NCBI RefSeq assembly: GCF_001194135.2
Contig: NC_068982.1
Coordinates: 192,044,550 to 192,108,549, forward strand
Direction: 5' to 3'
Origin: Octopus bimaculoides
Lineage: Eukaryota
Length of the DNA stretch: 64,000 nucleotides
Each line of letters begins with the position of its first letter. Position 1 is the first letter of the stretch. Positions 1 through 12,950 of this stretch are shown piece after piece. The notes below the pieces were generated by a model. The model ran no database searches. It saw only the letters and a list, made by a program, of their open reading frames with translations, and was not told where the DNA came from. Made by a program: the position numbers and the translations under genes.

Positions 1-248
1 GCTTGTGCGGGTGGCACATAAAAGACACCATTTCGAGCGTGGCCGTTTTCGTGCGGGTGACACGTAAAAGCACCCACTACACTCTCTGAGTGGTTGGCGT
101 TAGGAAGGGCATCCAGCTGTAGAAACTCTGCCAAATCAGACTGGAGCCTGGTGTTGCCATCCGGTTTCACCAGTCCTCAGTCAAATCGTCCAACCCATGC
201 TAGCATGGAAAGCGGACGCTAAACGATGATGATGATGATGATGATGAT
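1..248 (+). mobile_element. RTE-clade LINE 3' UTR/tail ending in (GAT)n
   Basis: Nearly identical to the 3' end of the RTE copy at 40500-40765 (GGCGTTAGGAAGGGCATCCAGCTGTAGAAACTCTGCCAAAT...CAACCCATGCTAGCATGGAAAG-(GAT)n). Further tails at about 862-960, 6800-7225, 46840-47090, 62407-62515, 62590-62750 and 63875-64000. Confidence 0.85.
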
Positions 249-269
249 TTTGCGTGCGCACGTGTGTGT

Positions 270-470
270 GTGTGTCTATGCCCCCGCTACTATTTGATAA
301 CAGGTGTTGGTTTGTTTACATCCTTATAGCTTAGTAGTTTGGCAAAAGAGACCACCAGAATAAGTACAAGGCTTAAGAAGTACGAAGAGCGGACAATTCA
401 TCCAATTAAACCCTTCAAGTTGATTCCCCAGCATGGTCACGGTGCACTGGCTGAAACAAGCAAAAGATAA
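270..470 (+). mobile_element. 3' module of composite tRNA-SINE (family C)
   Basis: Diverged match to the GTAACTTAG..GGCAAAAGAGACC..AGAATAAGTAC..GACTGAAACAAG module seen at 1860-2060, 10520-10730, 18660-18820 and 57935-58075. Confidence 0.7.
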
Positions 471-958
471 ATGAACTTGTAGGGAGTCCTTTTTCTCCAG
501 ACTTAGCAAATCTTTTTTCACAAGCTGTCTCACTCGTTGCTCAGTTGGATTTGCAACAAAAGTAATTTGAAGCGACACACACACAAAATAAGTATAACAA
601 CAACAAAAATACCTCTAAATTCTTTCAAGAATGAATATTCTCCAAAATCGTATCCATGGAACAATTTTTAAACTAAAAATCCAATCCATGGAAAGCATTT
701 GCCTCTAAAACTTTGATGTTTAATTGTTTTCCTGAATTCTAAAACAGTTTCCAGCAACATTGTTCCAGACTCACTCTATTATAATATCTGACACAATTCA
801 GTCTTTCTTTTTTTCATATTCATTTAAAAAAAAAAATTGTTTTTGTTTTTTCTAGCCAAGAGCAGCCTTCTGGTTCGCCAGTCCTCAGCCAAACCGTCCA
901 ACCCATGCCAGCATGGAAAGCAGACATTAAACAACGACGATGATGATGATGATGATGA

Positions 959-1185
959 TTAACCCTTCAGCATTCAATTATTCAGTGAAATGTTATGCTT
1001 ATTTATTCACATTCCTTTTAATTAATCCTGCATTATCTCATAGCTTTGAGATTCTGATGATGAGATTATTTATTTTTAGAATCACCTTGTTGGGTAAGTG
1101 TAAGCGGGTGGATCTGGTGAGTTTGAACATCACACAAGTAGAATATTTGGGATGGGCATGGCTGGTTTAAATGTTAAACGGTTAA
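959..1185. mobile_element. piggyBac-type MITE
   Basis: TTAA at 959-962 and 1182-1185 flank ends CCCTTCAGCATT / AATGTTAAACGG. The body is shared with 9840-10060. Confidence 0.75.
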
Positions 1186-1227
1186 AGTAAACATATGAAC
1201 TGCCTTTATTGATGACAGGCTGACAGT

Positions 1228-1230
<3 letters not shown>

Positions 1231-1318
<88 letters not shown>

Positions 1319-1337
1319 ATGTGTGTGTGTGTGTGTA
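1231..1337. repeat. (GT)n microsatellite
   Basis: Direct inspection; one of many (CA/GT, TA, GAT, ATT, ACT, GA) tracts in the window. Confidence 0.98.
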
Positions 1338-1339
1338 TT

Positions 1340-1720
1340 ATGTGCTGGGTCCAAAAGGACCGGCAGCACCCATGGCCTTTCGCAAGTTCTCCCAGACCAA
1401 AGAGACTAAATCTATTAATGTCCCTCTTGAACCTTAAAAAGTCAACATTTGCAGGAAATGAGATATGAGAAGAGAGAGTTCCAGAGGAGCAAGATTCTGG
1501 TGAGGAAGGACTGGGTGTAGTGATTAGTATAGGGTGTTTGGGGAGTAAGGAGAGTTGATCAGAAGAGAAGAACCAAGCGAAGAAAGGCAGCTCTGAGGAG
1601 CAGAGGGCATTATAGCAGTGGTAAGTAACACAGAGAAGCGCAAGAAGTAATGCAGAGATAGGCGTGTGCCTGTGAATTACTTTATACCAACCAGTAGGGT
1701 GGTCCTTTTCTGGATATAGT
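1340..1720 (-). mobile_element. Decayed CR1-like LINE 3' end
   Basis: The minus strand reads, with frameshifts, like the CR1 ORF2 C-terminus (..LCYLPLLYALCSSEL.., ..TNHYTQSFLTRILLLWNSL.., ..FKRDINRFSL). Confidence 0.6.
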
Positions 1721-1734
1721 CTACAGTGTCAGTA

Positions 1735-2060
1735 TGTATTCAATCCCACTGTGTGACACTTTTGGCAAGTGTCTTCTATTTGACTCTTGGGCTGACCAAA
1801 GCCTTGTGAATAGACAGAAACTGAAAGAAGCCCATCGTATATGTGTGTGTGTGTGTATTTTTATGTCTTTGTTTATCCCCCCACCATTGCTTGACAATCG
1901 ATGTTGGTATGTTTACATCCTCATAACCTAGTGGTTAGACTGATAGAATAAGTACTAGGCTTACAAAGAATAAGTCCTGGGGTCGATTTGCGCGACTAAA
2001 GGCGGTGCTCCAGTATGGCCACAGCAAAATGACTGAAACAAGTAAAAGAGTAAAAAGAGT
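1735..2060 (+). mobile_element. Composite tRNA-SINE (family C: head, microsatellite spacer, 3' module)
   Basis: Head with CCCACTG..ACCTTGGGCAAGTGTCTTCT-like core, TG/TA spacer, then the 3' module. Repeated many times in the window. Confidence 0.8.
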
Positions 2061-2312
2061 ATATATATATATATATATATNNNNNNNNNNNNNNNNNNNN
2101 NNNNNNNNNNNNNNNNNNNNNNNNNNNNNNNNNNNNNNNNNNNNNNNNNNNNNNNNNNNNNNNNNNNNNNNNNNNNNNNNNNNNNNNNNNNNNNNNNNNN
2201 NNNNNNNNNNNNNNNNNNNNNNNNNNNNNNNNNNNNNNNNNNNNNNNNNNNNNNNNNNNNNNNNNNNNNNNNNNNNGTGGTGATGATGGTGGAGGCGGGT
2301 TCAAGTTTTTAC

Positions 2313-2404
2313 CTGAATGTCAGAAAAGGTTTTGTTTCCTGATGCTGACATCTTCTTGAACTAATTGATGTCTTTTGAGAAAATGACGTATCTTCAATGA
2401 TTCC
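2313..2404 (-). other. Candidate internal exon of an unidentified minus-strand transcript
   Basis: Minus strand: TTGTTTTGTTGATTGACCAAAATCGTTTCAG | 92 nt | GTAAAA. One frame is open throughout (GIIEDTSFSQKTSISSRRCQHQETKPFLTF). No family recognised. Confidence 0.3.
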
Positions 2405-3354
2405 CTGAAACGATTTTGGTCAATCAACAAAACAATGGTAAAGTCGATCCTGCCCCCCCCAACACACACACAGCCTGTTCTTCTTTGCCTCTACAGGACA
2501 TCAAATAATAAAAAAAAAACTCATTGTGTTACCAAGTTTGAGAAATTATTTAGGTGACTGCCATATTTGAGACAACCAATTCTAAGAGGATGAGGAAGCA
2601 CAGCATTGAGAAAGTGTCACTTGCTGAGGAGATCTCATAAAGATCTACTGCCAGAAACATGGACAGTGTTTAATATGTTCTACAGCTGTTTGACAACCAT
2701 TTGATGGAATTCTAATGAAGAAAAAGGAAGAGAAGGTGCAGGGTGGGGGGGGGAGCAGGTGTTAAGAAACAGGTTAAATACCCAAGATGAACTCAAATTC
2801 CAAATTCCAATTATATATTTGTCCACATCAATTAAATCAACCTTCTCCCTGTTTATAAAAATGGTGCCAAGCTGTAATCCGAAGTGATGGCAGCAATTTT
2901 AAGAGAGAGTAAAGTCAGTTTATGAAGGAGTTGCCATTTGCTGTTGCAAGAAATAATGAAATACATCTGTAAAAGAATCCAAACCCTAACTCCCCATTTA
3001 TTTTACCATTTCAAAAGGGAAAAGTGATGGGGGAACATTGGGGTCATATATTTTGCAGCAGGCTTTGACCCATCACAATACGTTCTGTATTCAAAGTCAA
3101 TTCTGTTTTCCGATTTCATTTTCCTAGAGGTGATGGCCATCCAAAGCCCTCTTTCCTTAAAAATTTGGAGTTGTACTGGGGCAAGGGTTCAACAATAAAT
3201 AAGGATCTGTTGTAGAGTCAGTAACAATGGAGAAACTACAATATTTAATGTAGTTTCTCTCTTCTCCGAGTCCCCCTCCCCACACCAATATTGATTGGAG
3301 CGAATGTTTATCAATAAAATATGGAGTAGGTATGTGGCGGTCGATTGAACTCAC

Positions 3355-3457
3355 TTTCTCCTGCTACAAAGCTGTCCTCTTCTTCTACATTGAATTTTAA
3401 ACATTGTCTCAGTTGAAATTCTGTCCAACTCGACATTGTCTGTCATTTTTCTGCAGT
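3355..3457 (-). other. Candidate exon of an unidentified minus-strand transcript
   Basis: Strong splice signals on the minus strand: TTCTTTCTTTCACAG | 103 nt | GTGAGT. One open frame: CRKMTDNVELDRISTETMFKIQCRRRGQLCSRR. No family recognised. Confidence 0.45.
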
Positions 3458-4148
3458 CTGTGAAAGAAAGAACCAGTCAAGCACTGTTCCACCTCACTTC
3501 ATACNNNNNNNNNNGGGGGGGGGGGTCAATATTAAACAACAACAAAATCAATGTTGTTGTTGTTGTTGCTGTCTAATCCCAGGTCTGCCCTAAACAAACA
3601 AAACTAGGACCAAAGGCATTCCAGCCATGATCATCCCAATCACCCACACCCCACCACTGAACCCTTACATTGATCTTGTTCTCTAGAAAACCTCTGTCCG
3701 TCTGTCTGTCCCCAGAAGCTAACTTTGACCGAAATATTTCCTCACAAAACAACAAAGAATAACAGATTTGTCTTGTGCACTTTTAGAGTAGCTCCTGCTA
3801 CACAACTACTACTACTACTACTGCTGCTACTTTTAGTAATAGTAGTTGTGCTAAGAAGGAGGGGGCTGTTTCCACCCCCACCCCCACCCCCACTCTCCAT
3901 TAACAACACCAGCAACAACCACAATTACAAATAGTGGGAGACAAAATAAAATGAAAAACAACAAAAACTCTCCTCATTATAATGACTACCACTACGACCA
4001 CCACTGCTACTACTACTACCACTACGACCACCACCACTGCTGCTGCTGCTGCCGCCATTTCCACTGTTTACTTTAACATCACAACCCGCCATTACCCCAC
4101 CACCACCGCCGCCATAATAAATAATGTTTTGCACTTTTAGTTTGATAT

Positions 4149-4182
<34 letters not shown>

Positions 4183-4888
4183 GTCTCTCCTCTCTGACCC
4201 TCCTCCTCATTCTTTCTCTCACACACACTCTCCCCCTCTCCCTTATCTGCCTTCTTCTCTCTCTCAAACAATTATACAAGACATGGAGGAGGAGAATGTA
4301 ATGTGACTCATCCTGTTCTTGTTGTTGTTGTTTAACCCCAGGTCATACTCAATTATAAGTAAACCTTTCCAACCATGACCATCCAGTCTTTTTCCTACGT
4401 GCAGGAGGGAACCGAGAGCGCATTATCTAATCTGTTCTTCTTTTCTGAGACAATGGAGTGTAATTTGGAAGAGACGTAGCTGCTATTTCCAGCAGGTTCC
4501 AGCAACCATTTCCAGGCTTCCCAGGTGGCTGGTTGTTAGGGCTGTCTTGGAATATGGAAAATAAACAAAACCTCCACCAGTGAGGGGTGGAGTTAAGGTA
4601 TGACCTGTGACCTGTGACCTGTGACATGTACTTTTAGTGGATGTTCTTTTAGTGTCTGGGCTTCATCTTAGAAATAGAAAGGGACACCACATGTTTAGAG
4701 AGGTACCCCCTCCCCCCACACATATATACCTACATACACATATTAATACCTATATAAACACACACACATATATACATACATAAATACCTACACAAATACA
4801 CATGTACGTGCATACATATCTATATATTTTTATATGTACATATATCTACACACACAGGCACATATACATACATACATACATATATATA

Positions 4889-4924
<36 letters not shown>

Positions 4925-5289
4925 TGTATGTAAACATATTTGCAAGCATATATGCATACTCACAAATGTATGCACTCATGCATGCATGCATGCATGCATA
5001 TATATATATATATAGACACATATATACGCACACATGCACGTGTGCACACACAGACACACACACAGCCATACTGCTCAGTCTGGCTCTATTCCAGAGATAG
5101 CGGATTGACAGACTGGTTTAATTTAAATTACTATGACAGGCGTCATCACTAACAACAACACTACCTTCACCACCACCACCACCACCACCACCACCACCAC
5201 CACCACTACTACTACATCCACCACTATGTCAGACATCACCATAACCATGACCTTCACACCATCAGCATCATCATCATCATCATCATGAG

Positions 5290-5660
5290 CATAATGAATC
5301 TCCTCAGTAATTAATGGACATTTAGCTTTCAACTCATTGTAATTCTCCACTGCATCCTTCATCCTGTGGAAGGGACATACTGCATCCTTCATCCTGTGGA
5401 AGGGACATGCTCCACTGGTCATCTGGAAACCAGTATTGCTATGTCATGGCTGCTGATGAACAAATGCAAGTTGAGTTTGTGCCACCTGCAGATATTTCTG
5501 CACAGTGAGTGGCTCTAGTCTCTGTTTGTAATGCATATTTTTCTGCAGCTCTTCTCTTTGACAAAGCTGCAACCCTGGGCTGAGAAAAGACCAAAATTGA
5601 ACACTTGACACCTGGAATATCACCGAGCACTCACTGTCCTCTACCAGTAGCATAATGTGA
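5290..5660 (-). pseudogene. Unidentified decayed coding fragment (probably a TE relic)
   Basis: ORFs 5444-5653 and 5123-5422 are in the same frame and separated by one TGA. An exact in-frame 30-bp tandem duplication lies at 5349-5378 / 5379-5408. Confidence 0.35.
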
Positions 5661-5789
5661 TTGGTTGAAGTTCCACTTTGGTAATAGAGAGAGGACTAGT
5701 GATGAATGAGAGCAATGACATTCTCATTGAATCTCAAGGCATTGATGAGGAAGAACTAACTGGTCTGTTCTGGTGACTTTCAGGCCAGA

Positions 5790-6090
5790 GACCAGTTCTT
5801 AACCTCAAGTGAACCTTGAGTGGGCAGGGATACTGTGAAGCACTATCAGTTTCATATAAACTCCAGTTAGTCTACAATATGGCTGGTTTCCTGGTTTCTC
5901 TGGCATGGATATATTGCTCCCTGGATGGGACACCATCCATCACCGGATTACTCTGTTTTTTACCAGCTGAGTGAACTGGAATGTTTTGTTGAAGAACACA
6001 ACGCATCGCCCTGTCCAGGAATCAAAGCCAAAATCTTATGATGGTGAGTGCAATGCCCTAACCCTAACCCTAACCCGAACCCCTTAGCCA
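5790..6090 (-). mobile_element. tRNA-headed SINE (family E)
   Basis: Minus-strand head with GGTTAGGG A-box region and a B-box-like segment, followed by a body ending toward GGTTTCCTGGTTTC on the plus strand. Pattern recognised by eye. Confidence 0.55.
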
Positions 6091-7186
6091 TGTACCTCCA
6101 CTTGATATACACTCAACTGGCAAAGAAATACCACCCAGCAGGGGCAGAGTGACAAACCCATATTGCACACACTTGTGCAATGTCCAAGCATTACTGACTT
6201 GTGAAGTTACAATAAACAGCTATCATTGCATGTAGGACAGAACTGGGTTTCAGCTGAGTTCATAGTGAAGGTTGCTCCCCTCCTTTAATAAGGTTGAGCA
6301 GGAAGTTTACATGCCTGGTATAGTAAAAATGGTGAATTTGTCAAAGGATGTGTGATTATTGTGAAAATAGAGTGAATGGTATTACTATAAGCATGAGCCT
6401 ATAGACTGGAGGGCAACAGTTGGAAAAGGCCTGTGCCCTAATAGGTCAGGGTGATCCTGGATTTGTGGGGTTCCTTGAGTGGCCTTAATTGGAGTCTCTC
6501 CTGTATCAGGATGGACTGCATCATTCATGAGCTCACATATTTTGTTTACAATATTTACTATACCAGCAACAAGCCATACCAGCAACAAGGTGAATTTCTG
6601 CTCGAATAGAATATGTCATGTTTGTTTATAGGAAACTGTTATGATGTGCATTTTCCCCTGCGGTAGTGAAACCTGATCTTCAGATGTTGAGTCTGACAGA
6701 GGGGGTGACAAGGGATTGTGACCTTTGATGATTTGCTGTAAATAAAATCGCTATTGTGGTCAGTGTTACCCATGCCAGCAACTCATAAAAAGGTACACAT
6801 GACACACTTGAAATGATTGGTGTTAGGAAGGGCTTCCAGCTGTAGCAACAAAGCCAAAACAGACTGGAACCAGATACCGTTCTCCAGCTTACCAGTTCCA
6901 CTCAAACCATCTAATCCATGCTAGCATGGAAAGCAGATGCCAAATGATGATGATGATGATGATGATGATGATATATCAAATTTAAAATTATTATGACGGG
7001 AAGCCACATAAAAAAGCACACAGTCCACACTTTGTAAAGTGGTTGGCATGAGGAAGGAAATCCAGCTGCAGAAACTGTACTAAAACAAACGACTAGAACC
7101 TGATGCAGCCCTTCACCCTTCACCCTTCACCCTTGCCAACTCCTGTGAAACTATCCAACCATGCCAGCATAGAAAGCGGGCATTGA

Positions 7187-7229
<43 letters not shown>

Positions 7230-8197
7230 GTTAATGAAAGAAATGAACAATTTTTAAGTAATTTTGATATGACAAATAGGTGTCATGCAAAGGTATTCAC
7301 AAATATTCTCAAGGTAGTTCAAAGGAAAACTTTGTAATCACTTACTTTTAGTAAAAACAAATGAACAGAGAGGTGTGAGAGAGAGAGAGAGAGAAAGAGA
7401 GAAGGTGGGGGAGGGAGGGGAGAGAAAAAGGGAGACTATATCACAGTGAATAAAAATTAGTTTTGTGATTGAAGCAAGTGCTTGAAATTTTTAATAATAA
7501 AGAAACTTGGAAACCTCATTTTGATAAAAAAAATATTACAATTGGAATTTATAAAAGCATTTTCTAGGCAGTGTACAATTTCATAATTGCTTTCTTTTAG
7601 TACCACAGTATCAATGTGAAATGTTAAAGAAATAATAGTTGCAAATGAAACTCAGTGAAAACATAAAAAGGACCAAAATACATAAAGGGGAAAATCTTTA
7701 ACAAATTAGAATGACATAAAAACAGGCTTCGGATATAAATGCCGTGCAGAAGATATAAAACTAGTAAAATAAAACTAAGACATAACAACATACTTTAAAA
7801 AAACAAATGTTGGAGCTTTTCAACACGAAATGTCTAAAAACCCCAAAATGCTTACTGTTTTGGTTGCACTCAAACCCAGTATGGGATATTAACAGAAAAG
7901 TCATGGAGTGCTCAAACCTAAAGTAGACAGTGATCTTTCAGGTTTATTCCCATTTAATTTTATCCTGTTTTATCATACTTCTTTTATATTTATTTCCATG
8001 CAAATAAATGTACCTTTAAAAATCTTAATGTGTCCAGTCATATTTTCTGTAACACCTCTCAACCTCTACCTTTTCCATTTCTAAACTTGTTTCCTTTACT
8101 ATTTCTTCTCTCTTTTTAACCCCTAATGAAAGTTTTGTAGTTTTCTATCTCATCAAGCTTTTGTATATTATAAAGAAACTTTTAGTATTATTATCAT

Positions 8198-8236
<39 letters not shown>

Positions 8237-9199
8237 CAGCAGCAACAGCAGCATTTAATAATGTATCCTTTTCAAGCTGAAGCCACTCAGCCCATCTCTT
8301 CCCACCTCCTCACAATGTCAGAGATAAGTAACTAAAGTCAATTGGGGACACAGATGATGTCCTGTTTCCTTCCTTAACCCCTACCCACCCATCAATAACT
8401 ACTTCTGGGATGAAAAATACCAACTTGATTTGAGGAGAAAACAGATGTGTTGTCTATACATGGCTTTATGCTTGTATATTCTTAAATGGGGACAGGTAAG
8501 ATTTATATATATATATACCAGAGAATCCCCCCAAAACCAGGTGCCAATATCTAAGCGTTACCTAAGTCTAATTAGATTATTTCAGAAGAAAAACCAAACA
8601 ATATCAAAGTAAGCGATTCCCGCTAACAATGGATTCACAAACACTTAGCACTGTACAAGAATGAAGGACAACCCAGAACAATGAGACTAAAAGAAATTCA
8701 CGATGAAGCATAACAAAAGTATATTCCCATGAATGGGTACAAGCATAGTCATGCAATCACGAGATTCTTGGTTCAATCCCATTGCATGCCATCTTGTGAA
8801 AATGTCTTTTGGGGTTGAACTAAGTAAATCATTGTATGGAATTGGGACCAATGAGAACTGGGTGAAGTGAACAATGATGGAAAGGGCCAGTCATGTGATA
8901 CACTGTGGCACCCTAATGCTACCTGAGAATTATGGTAATGATACACAATCTGTGGACTACTCAGCCAAATACACTAGAAATCAATAAGTAGAGAGTTTAA
9001 TTAATCAAAAAAGTAAATAATTACAGTTATAATCGATGGCTAAAATCATTTACACACACACACACACACACAGCAGCATTGTGATATGGGCCACCTTGTA
9101 CAGGTCAAATTCCACATCAGACAACCATGACAACTGCTGCACTTTAATAACTATGATTTATTCAGACAACTAATCTATCTTTCTTGTCATTAATTCGGC

Positions 9200-9425
9200 T
9201 TAAGGCGGCAAACTTGCAGACTTGTTACTGTGCCTGGAATGAAGTGCTTGCTGGCATTTCTTCCAGTTCTATATCTGTTGAGTGCAAATGCTGCCAAGGT
9301 TCACTTTCATCTTTTCATCCTTTTGAGGGACATCAAATAAGAACCGGGATCAAGCACTGGGACCAATGATATCAACTTAACCCCTCATCCAAAATTGCTA
9401 GCCTTGTGTCAAAGTTTGAAATCCT
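9200..9425 (+). mobile_element. tRNA-SINE family M (TTTGCCTTTCATCCTTTCGGGGTCGATAA core)
   Basis: Diverged copy of the family best preserved at 16755-16970. From memory the core resembles the Meta-domain of animal SINEs (unverified). Confidence 0.65.
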
Positions 9426-9839
9426 TATTAATTTGGCCTGGAGAATGGGAGGTGGGGGGGGGGGCATCACTATGACAGCACCCCACCACCACCACCACCA
9501 CCACCAGTGACACCATTTAATGTTTCTTTTAAATAGCCACAAGTTGATGGTTGGAGAGAAAAAACATGTGCATGGAGGAAGTTTCAGAGGGAAGATGTTC
9601 AAAGGTGAAAGGACTGAAGTAGTGGTTTGTTTTGAACCAAGGAATGGACACAGTTTTGGTGATGAGAGGGGAAGGGTGTAGAAAGGTGACACTCACCTCT
9701 GGTGGGGGGAGGGGAGAAAATTATTCTCAAACTGAAGTGGGGTGGGGGCTAAATACTTGCCCCCTCAGAGTGAACTTGACCAAAAACACCCAAGGAAGCA
9801 ACAGAGCAACAATGGATTAGGATTAAAATAAACCATAGG

Positions 9840-10060
9840 TTAAGCCTTTAGCAATTTCTCTCTCAAATCTATTGCTTATCTATTCACAGTTTTCGATTAA
9901 CCATTCATAATCTTGAAGCTTTGAAATTTCATTGGTGTCATTGCTTGTTTTCACAATGACATTGAAAGGTTGGTGTGAGAGGCCAGATCTGAATAGTTTG
10001 AGCACAAAACCATCAGAATATTTGGGTTAGATTCAGCCAGATTAAATGCTAAAGAGTTAA
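9840..10060. mobile_element. piggyBac-type MITE
   Basis: TTAA at 9840-9843 and 10057-10060, ends GCCTTTAGCAAT / AATGCTAAAGAG. Body homologous to 959-1185. Confidence 0.75.
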
Positions 10061-10294
10061 CTCTGTCATCACAAACCTGAGAGCATAATGAAAGAGGATA
10101 ACACCACAAGGTACCTTGCCCGATGTCCACCTTCTAGTCCACCGCCATGAACTGCTCCTTCAACTAATCTACTGAACACAGAACTAATTTGATCAGTTCC
10201 ATTAATTCTTCATTATTAGTTTCCATCAATAAATCAACTCTCGTCACTTTAATTATTTCTCCCAGCTTCAACATTTTTAACAGGTATTTTATCA

Positions 10295-10453
10295 GCAGCA
10301 TAGCTGTGTGGCAAGAAACTTGCTTCCCAACCACATGATTCTAGGTTCAGTCCCACTCCATGACACCTTGGGCAAGTGTCTTCTACCATAGCCCAAAGCC
10401 AACCAAAGCTTTGAGAGTGTATTTGGTAGACAGAAACTGAAAGAAGCCCATCG

Positions 10454-10491
<38 letters not shown>

Positions 10492-10730
10492 TACATATAC
10501 TTATGAGGGGGGGGTGTTTGTACCCCACCCTACACTACTTGACAAGCATTGCTGATTTGTTTATGTCCCTGTAACTTAGCAGTTCAGCAAAAGGCGACTG
10601 ACAGAATAAGTATTAGGCTTTAAAAAAAGAAAGAATGTACTAAGGGTCAATTCATTCGGGTAAACCCTTCAAAATAGCACTCCAGCATGGCCACAATCTA
10701 ATGTCCAAAACAAATAAAAAAAATAAAAGA
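10295..10730 (+). mobile_element. Composite tRNA-SINE (family C)
   Basis: Head (TAGCTGTGTGG...GGTTCAGTCCC), ACCTTGGGCAAGTGTCTTCT core, (TA)n spacer, 3' module. Confidence 0.85.
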
Positions 10731-10987
10731 GAACCCTGTTTGAGAAAGCTTACTTAATGAAACTTTGAAGTCACTATCCACAGCTAAAAACCATATAACT
10801 CTACTTCACATACTGGAATGTACACACACACACACACACACACTTTTTATACAAAGCTTCAAAGCAAAATAAGTCCTGTGTGGATATCTCTTCTCTAAAC
10901 TATAATTATTAATTAATGTGTTGATTAATGCTGGCACTTTGCTGTGCTTGAGAAGTATGAATGTATGTGTGCTAGTTACAATATACA

Positions 10988-11373
10988 TGGCAGCACTCCG
11001 TCGGTCACGACGACGAGGGTTCCAGTTGATCCGATCAATAGACCAGCCTGCTCGTGAAATTAACATGAAAGTGGCTGAGTACTCCCCAGGCATGTGTACC
11101 CTTAATGTAGTTCTGGGGGGAGATACAGCATGACATAGAGTGTGACACGGTTGGCCCCTTTTAAATACAGGTACAACAGAAACAGGAAGAAAGAGTGACA
11201 GAAAGTTATGGTGAAAGAGTACAGCAGGGTTCGCCTCTACCCCCTAGCGGAGCCTTGTAGAGCTTTAGATGTTTTCGCTCAATAAACACTCACAATGCTC
11301 AGTCTGGGAATTGAAACCACGATCCTACGACCACGACTCTGCTGCCCTAACCACTGGGCCATTGCACCTCCAC
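10988..11373 (-). mobile_element. tRNA-SINE family D
   Basis: Minus-strand head GGAGGTGCAATGGCCCAGTGGTTAGGGCAG with B-box GTTTCAATTCC. Homologous over its full length to 29234-29612 and 51484-51864. Confidence 0.85.
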
Positions 11374-11509
11374 ACAATATACATACTCTACATGCAACAT
11401 CATAATTAGTCTTAGCACGGTGCCAAGTATTCTTCACCAAAAATGCTCGACAAATATTCATTTAAATTTTGAATTCCTGGGGCTCCAACCAAAGTCTAAC
11501 ACTGAAAGA

Positions 11510-11690
11510 ACAAATGGGCAGAGTTAATATTGATTTCAAATTTTGGCACAAGGCCAGCATTTTCGGGGAAGGGGGAAAATCAATTACATTGACCCCCAGT
11601 ATTTTACTGGAACTTATTTTATTGATCCTGAAAGGATGTGATGGAATTTGAACTCAGAACGTAAAGATGGACAAAATGTGCTGCCATGGG
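11510..11690 (-). mobile_element. tRNA-SINE family M, partial
   Basis: GAATTTGAACTCAGAACGTAAAGA B-box segment and TTTGGCACAAGGCC tail shared with 16755-16970. Confidence 0.65.
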
Positions 11691-12469
11691 GAAGTGTGAA
11701 GATTAGGGGTCAATGAGCAAGATGTCCTGTGATATCCGAGAAGCTTTTCTCTCCTCAGGTTGTAACAAAAAAAAAAGAAGACACTATTTGTGAGTAGCAG
11801 CAGTGAAGCAGTCAAGTGCTGGCTGTAAAAGTGCTCGGAACAGCAGAATGTACTGAAAGAGGTAAAAGGAAAACGAGCAGGCCAGACACTTCTTCCATCT
11901 CCAACTGGATGACACAGTGTTTAAAGTACGCCCTATTCATTAATGGCAAGCGAGGGAGGGAACAAAGAGGAATTAGTGAATGTCCTCTCCCTATCCTTCA
12001 CCCACAGACACCACACACTCTTGAAATAATAATAATAATAAAAAAAGAAAAAGAAAAACAACCTTCTGTCTAAAAGTACATCTATCACTGGTGCCCTTTC
12101 CATGTATGTATATGTATATATAAATATATGTATATATAATGTGTATATGTATACACACACACATACTTATGTATGTGTGTGTATGTGTATGTGTATATGA
12201 ATATGCATTTAATGTGTATAAACACACATACACAAATAGAGAAAGGGCCATGGGAGACAGTTGTACTTTTAAACAGAAAGTTATAATTTTGGTGGTTTTG
12301 TATGTGTATGTGTATCTGTGTGTGTGTGTGTGTGTGTGTGTGGAGAAGGAGGGGGAAAATGGAGGAGGGTCAGTCATTCAGCTTTGTTTAGTTCCTTCCC
12401 CCTCTCTCATCAATAGAAGAGGTGTTTATGGCTGTTTCCCTTCAATATATCTGGCACTCTTCACAACTG

Positions 12470-12522
<53 letters not shown>

Positions 12523-12751
12523 ACACACATGGTTGTGGGTGTGCGAGTGTATGTATATATATGTATATATATCTATGTGTGTATATATATATTTATGTGT
12601 GTATATATATATTTATGTGTGTATATATATGAATGTAAGTATGAACGCATGTGTGTATGTATCTTTATATGTCTGTGTATGTATGCCAACATGTCTATGT
12701 GTATATGTATGTTTCTTAGACTTTTAATTCTTTGAATTCCTTGAATTTTAA

Positions 12752-12950
12752 AGGTGGTAGAATGGCAGAAACATTAGTGTGCCAGAGGAAATGTTTTGCA
12801 TTTGTGTTAGCTATGTTCTGAGTTCAAATGTGAGCAAAGTCAACTGCACCTTTCCTCCCCTTGGGGTCAATACAATAGCAGTCAGTTCCTGGGATCAATG
12901 ATGACAACTAAACTCTTTCCTTCCAAAATTGATGGATTTCTACCTAAACT
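12752..12950 (+). mobile_element. tRNA-SINE family M, diverged
   Basis: TGGCAGAAACATTAG A-box region and GTTCTGAGTTCAAAT B-box, followed by the family core. Confidence 0.6.

Noticed and set aside
6056-6083. Telomeric (CCCTAA)n as a fusion scar
   Set aside because: It sits on the GGTTAGGGC A-box region of a SINE head and is best explained by slippage of that hexamer.
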